Shown here in pieces: positions 62,817 to 64,000 of a stretch of DNA of 64,000 nucleotides. Position 1 is the stretch's first letter. Every line of letters starts with the position of its first letter. The translations under genes and the position numbers were made by a program. The notes below the pieces were generated by a model, which saw only the letters and a list, made by a program, of their open reading frames with translations, ran no database searches and was not told where the DNA came from. This stretch comes from Chiloscyllium plagiosum (Eukaryota): assembly GCF_004010195.1 (NCBI RefSeq), contig NC_057718.1:92288765-92352764 (forward strand), read 5' to 3'.

Positions 62817-63135
62817 CAAGTACACAATCCTTTATCCGAAACCCTCGGAGCCAGCTGGTTTTCGGAATTCAGAAGTTTTCGGATTTCGGAATAAGTGACG
62901 GTTTAATGGTGGAATAAAATAAACTTACCAAACAGCAGACGCACCTGTGAGTACTATGAGTGCTGAGACAGAATTGATGCCTACCAGTGCTGGGCCATGC
63001 CACCATGTCACACCTGAGTGACGTGGGTCAAGTGGTTGTGGAGTTGGGTTAACTGTTTGCATGCCAAACAACCTTATTGTGGAGAAAAAAGCTTCACGAA
63101 AATCTTTGGATTTCGGATAAAGGATTGTGAACCTG
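62817..63135. mobile_element. Tc1/mariner-superfamily (Tigger/pogo-like) MITE
   Basis: 25-bp TIRs caagtacacaatcctttatccgaaa / tttcggataaaggattgtgaacctg, flanked by TA on both sides; no coding capacity. Confidence 0.85.
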
Positions 63136-63644
63136 TACCTCCTTTCAAGTATGAATGGAGACATGCAAGTTTTAATTTCAACTTCAGCATTTAGTTTAAC
63201 AAGTGAAAAATGTAAAAATAAACTTTTCTTGAAATAAAAGTCTTTGTTCAACAATTTGAGGGTGTCTCTCAGTAGCATTAATATGCAATTACGTTGTTTT
63301 GGCAGCAGGAAATGAAACACAGCCATTAAAATAGCAGGCAAAGTATGCTTATTTAACACAAAACTGTACCTCATTCCAATTAAAATGTAGTTAACTAAAT
63401 TTCACTGCAGGAGCAAAAGCCGATTATGGTTTTCTTCAGTGAAAGAAAAATAAATTTTATTATCTGCTACTCTGAGAAAAATAATGAAGATAGGACTTCA
63501 AACATTTATACATAAAGGTATAAATTTAGAAAGTGTCCAATATAAAAGGAAGATGAAAAAGTCCTTAGTGTGCTTAAGGTGTAAGATTATAATCATTATT
63601 TTTGGATCATTAGCATAAGTGAACATGGCAGTGAACATGGTAGA

Positions 63645-63820
63645 ATCATGGAATCCCTACAGTGTGGAAACAGGCCATTCGGCCCCATTAGTCCACACTG
63701 ACCCTCAGAGTATCCCACCCAGGCCCATTCCCCTATCCTATTTCTCTACATTTCCATGACTAATGCAACTAACCTACACATCCCTGAAAACTATGGGCAG
63801 TTTAGCATGGCCAATTATCC
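63645..63820 (-). mobile_element. HE1-type SINE 3' part
   Basis: gaatccctacagtgtggaaacaggccattcggcc...tttagcatggccaatt. Confidence 0.85.
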
Positions 63821-63963
63821 TTTGAATTCTCGGTTTCTTCTTAATATTTATTATCTTCGGGCTTTCTTTATGTAAAAGAGAGAGTTTAGTCAGCTAGTCT
63901 AATTCTCCAGTTAAAAATCCATCTCTCACATTCTTTCTGCCAAAACCAGCTAATTTAATTAAA

Positions 63964-64000
63964 AGGAGAAAGTGAGGACTGCAGGTACTGGAGATCAGAG
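63964..64000 (-). mobile_element. Start of another Penelope-derived family A copy (runs off the window)
   Basis: aggagaaagtgaggactgcaggtactggagatcagag. Confidence 0.75.

Noticed and set aside
62925..63374. Longest ORF in the track (149 aa, minus strand)
   Set aside because: Runs across a MITE boundary into AT-rich intron; no recognisable domain.
63430..63510. Possible KIZ exon 2 (ttttcttcag|TGAAAGAAAA would continue S-E-R-K)
   Set aside because: After SERK the peptide (INFIICYSEKNNED) does not resemble the recalled KIZ sequence (RLDLEKKLYEY), and no donor occurs at the expected distance. Exon 2 probably lies beyond the window.

Overview
Vertebrate genomic DNA, almost certainly a cartilaginous fish (shark): it carries many HE1-type tRNA-derived SINEs, CR1 LINEs and a Deu-domain SINE. 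The window is AT-rich and CpG-depleted over most of its length, and the ORF-track ORFs are transposon relics or noise. Only one host coding exon is supported: a first coding exon at 56734-56798 (+, MAANDPAFLEKLGELQRQLHG, phase-2 donor), preceded by a palindromic RFX X-box. From recalled homology it is most likely KIZ (kizuna). The upstream ~56 kb looks like a gene desert. It holds several repeat-free blocks resembling conserved non-coding elements and a ~10 kb AT-rich but CpG-retaining domain (about 46.5-57.1 kb). Mobile DNA includes a decayed Gmr1-like Ty3/gypsy element with integrase before RT, a solo LTR with 4-bp TSD, CR1, Rex1/Babar and RTE-X-like LINEs, and a Tigger-like MITE. The most striking system is three families of short, often palindromic Penelope-derived insertions. 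They carry minimal hammerhead-ribozyme motifs with covarying helices and are flanked by 12-51 bp target duplications. Repeat boundaries are read by eye and approximate unless a TSD is cited. Family and gene names are from recall, not database searches.
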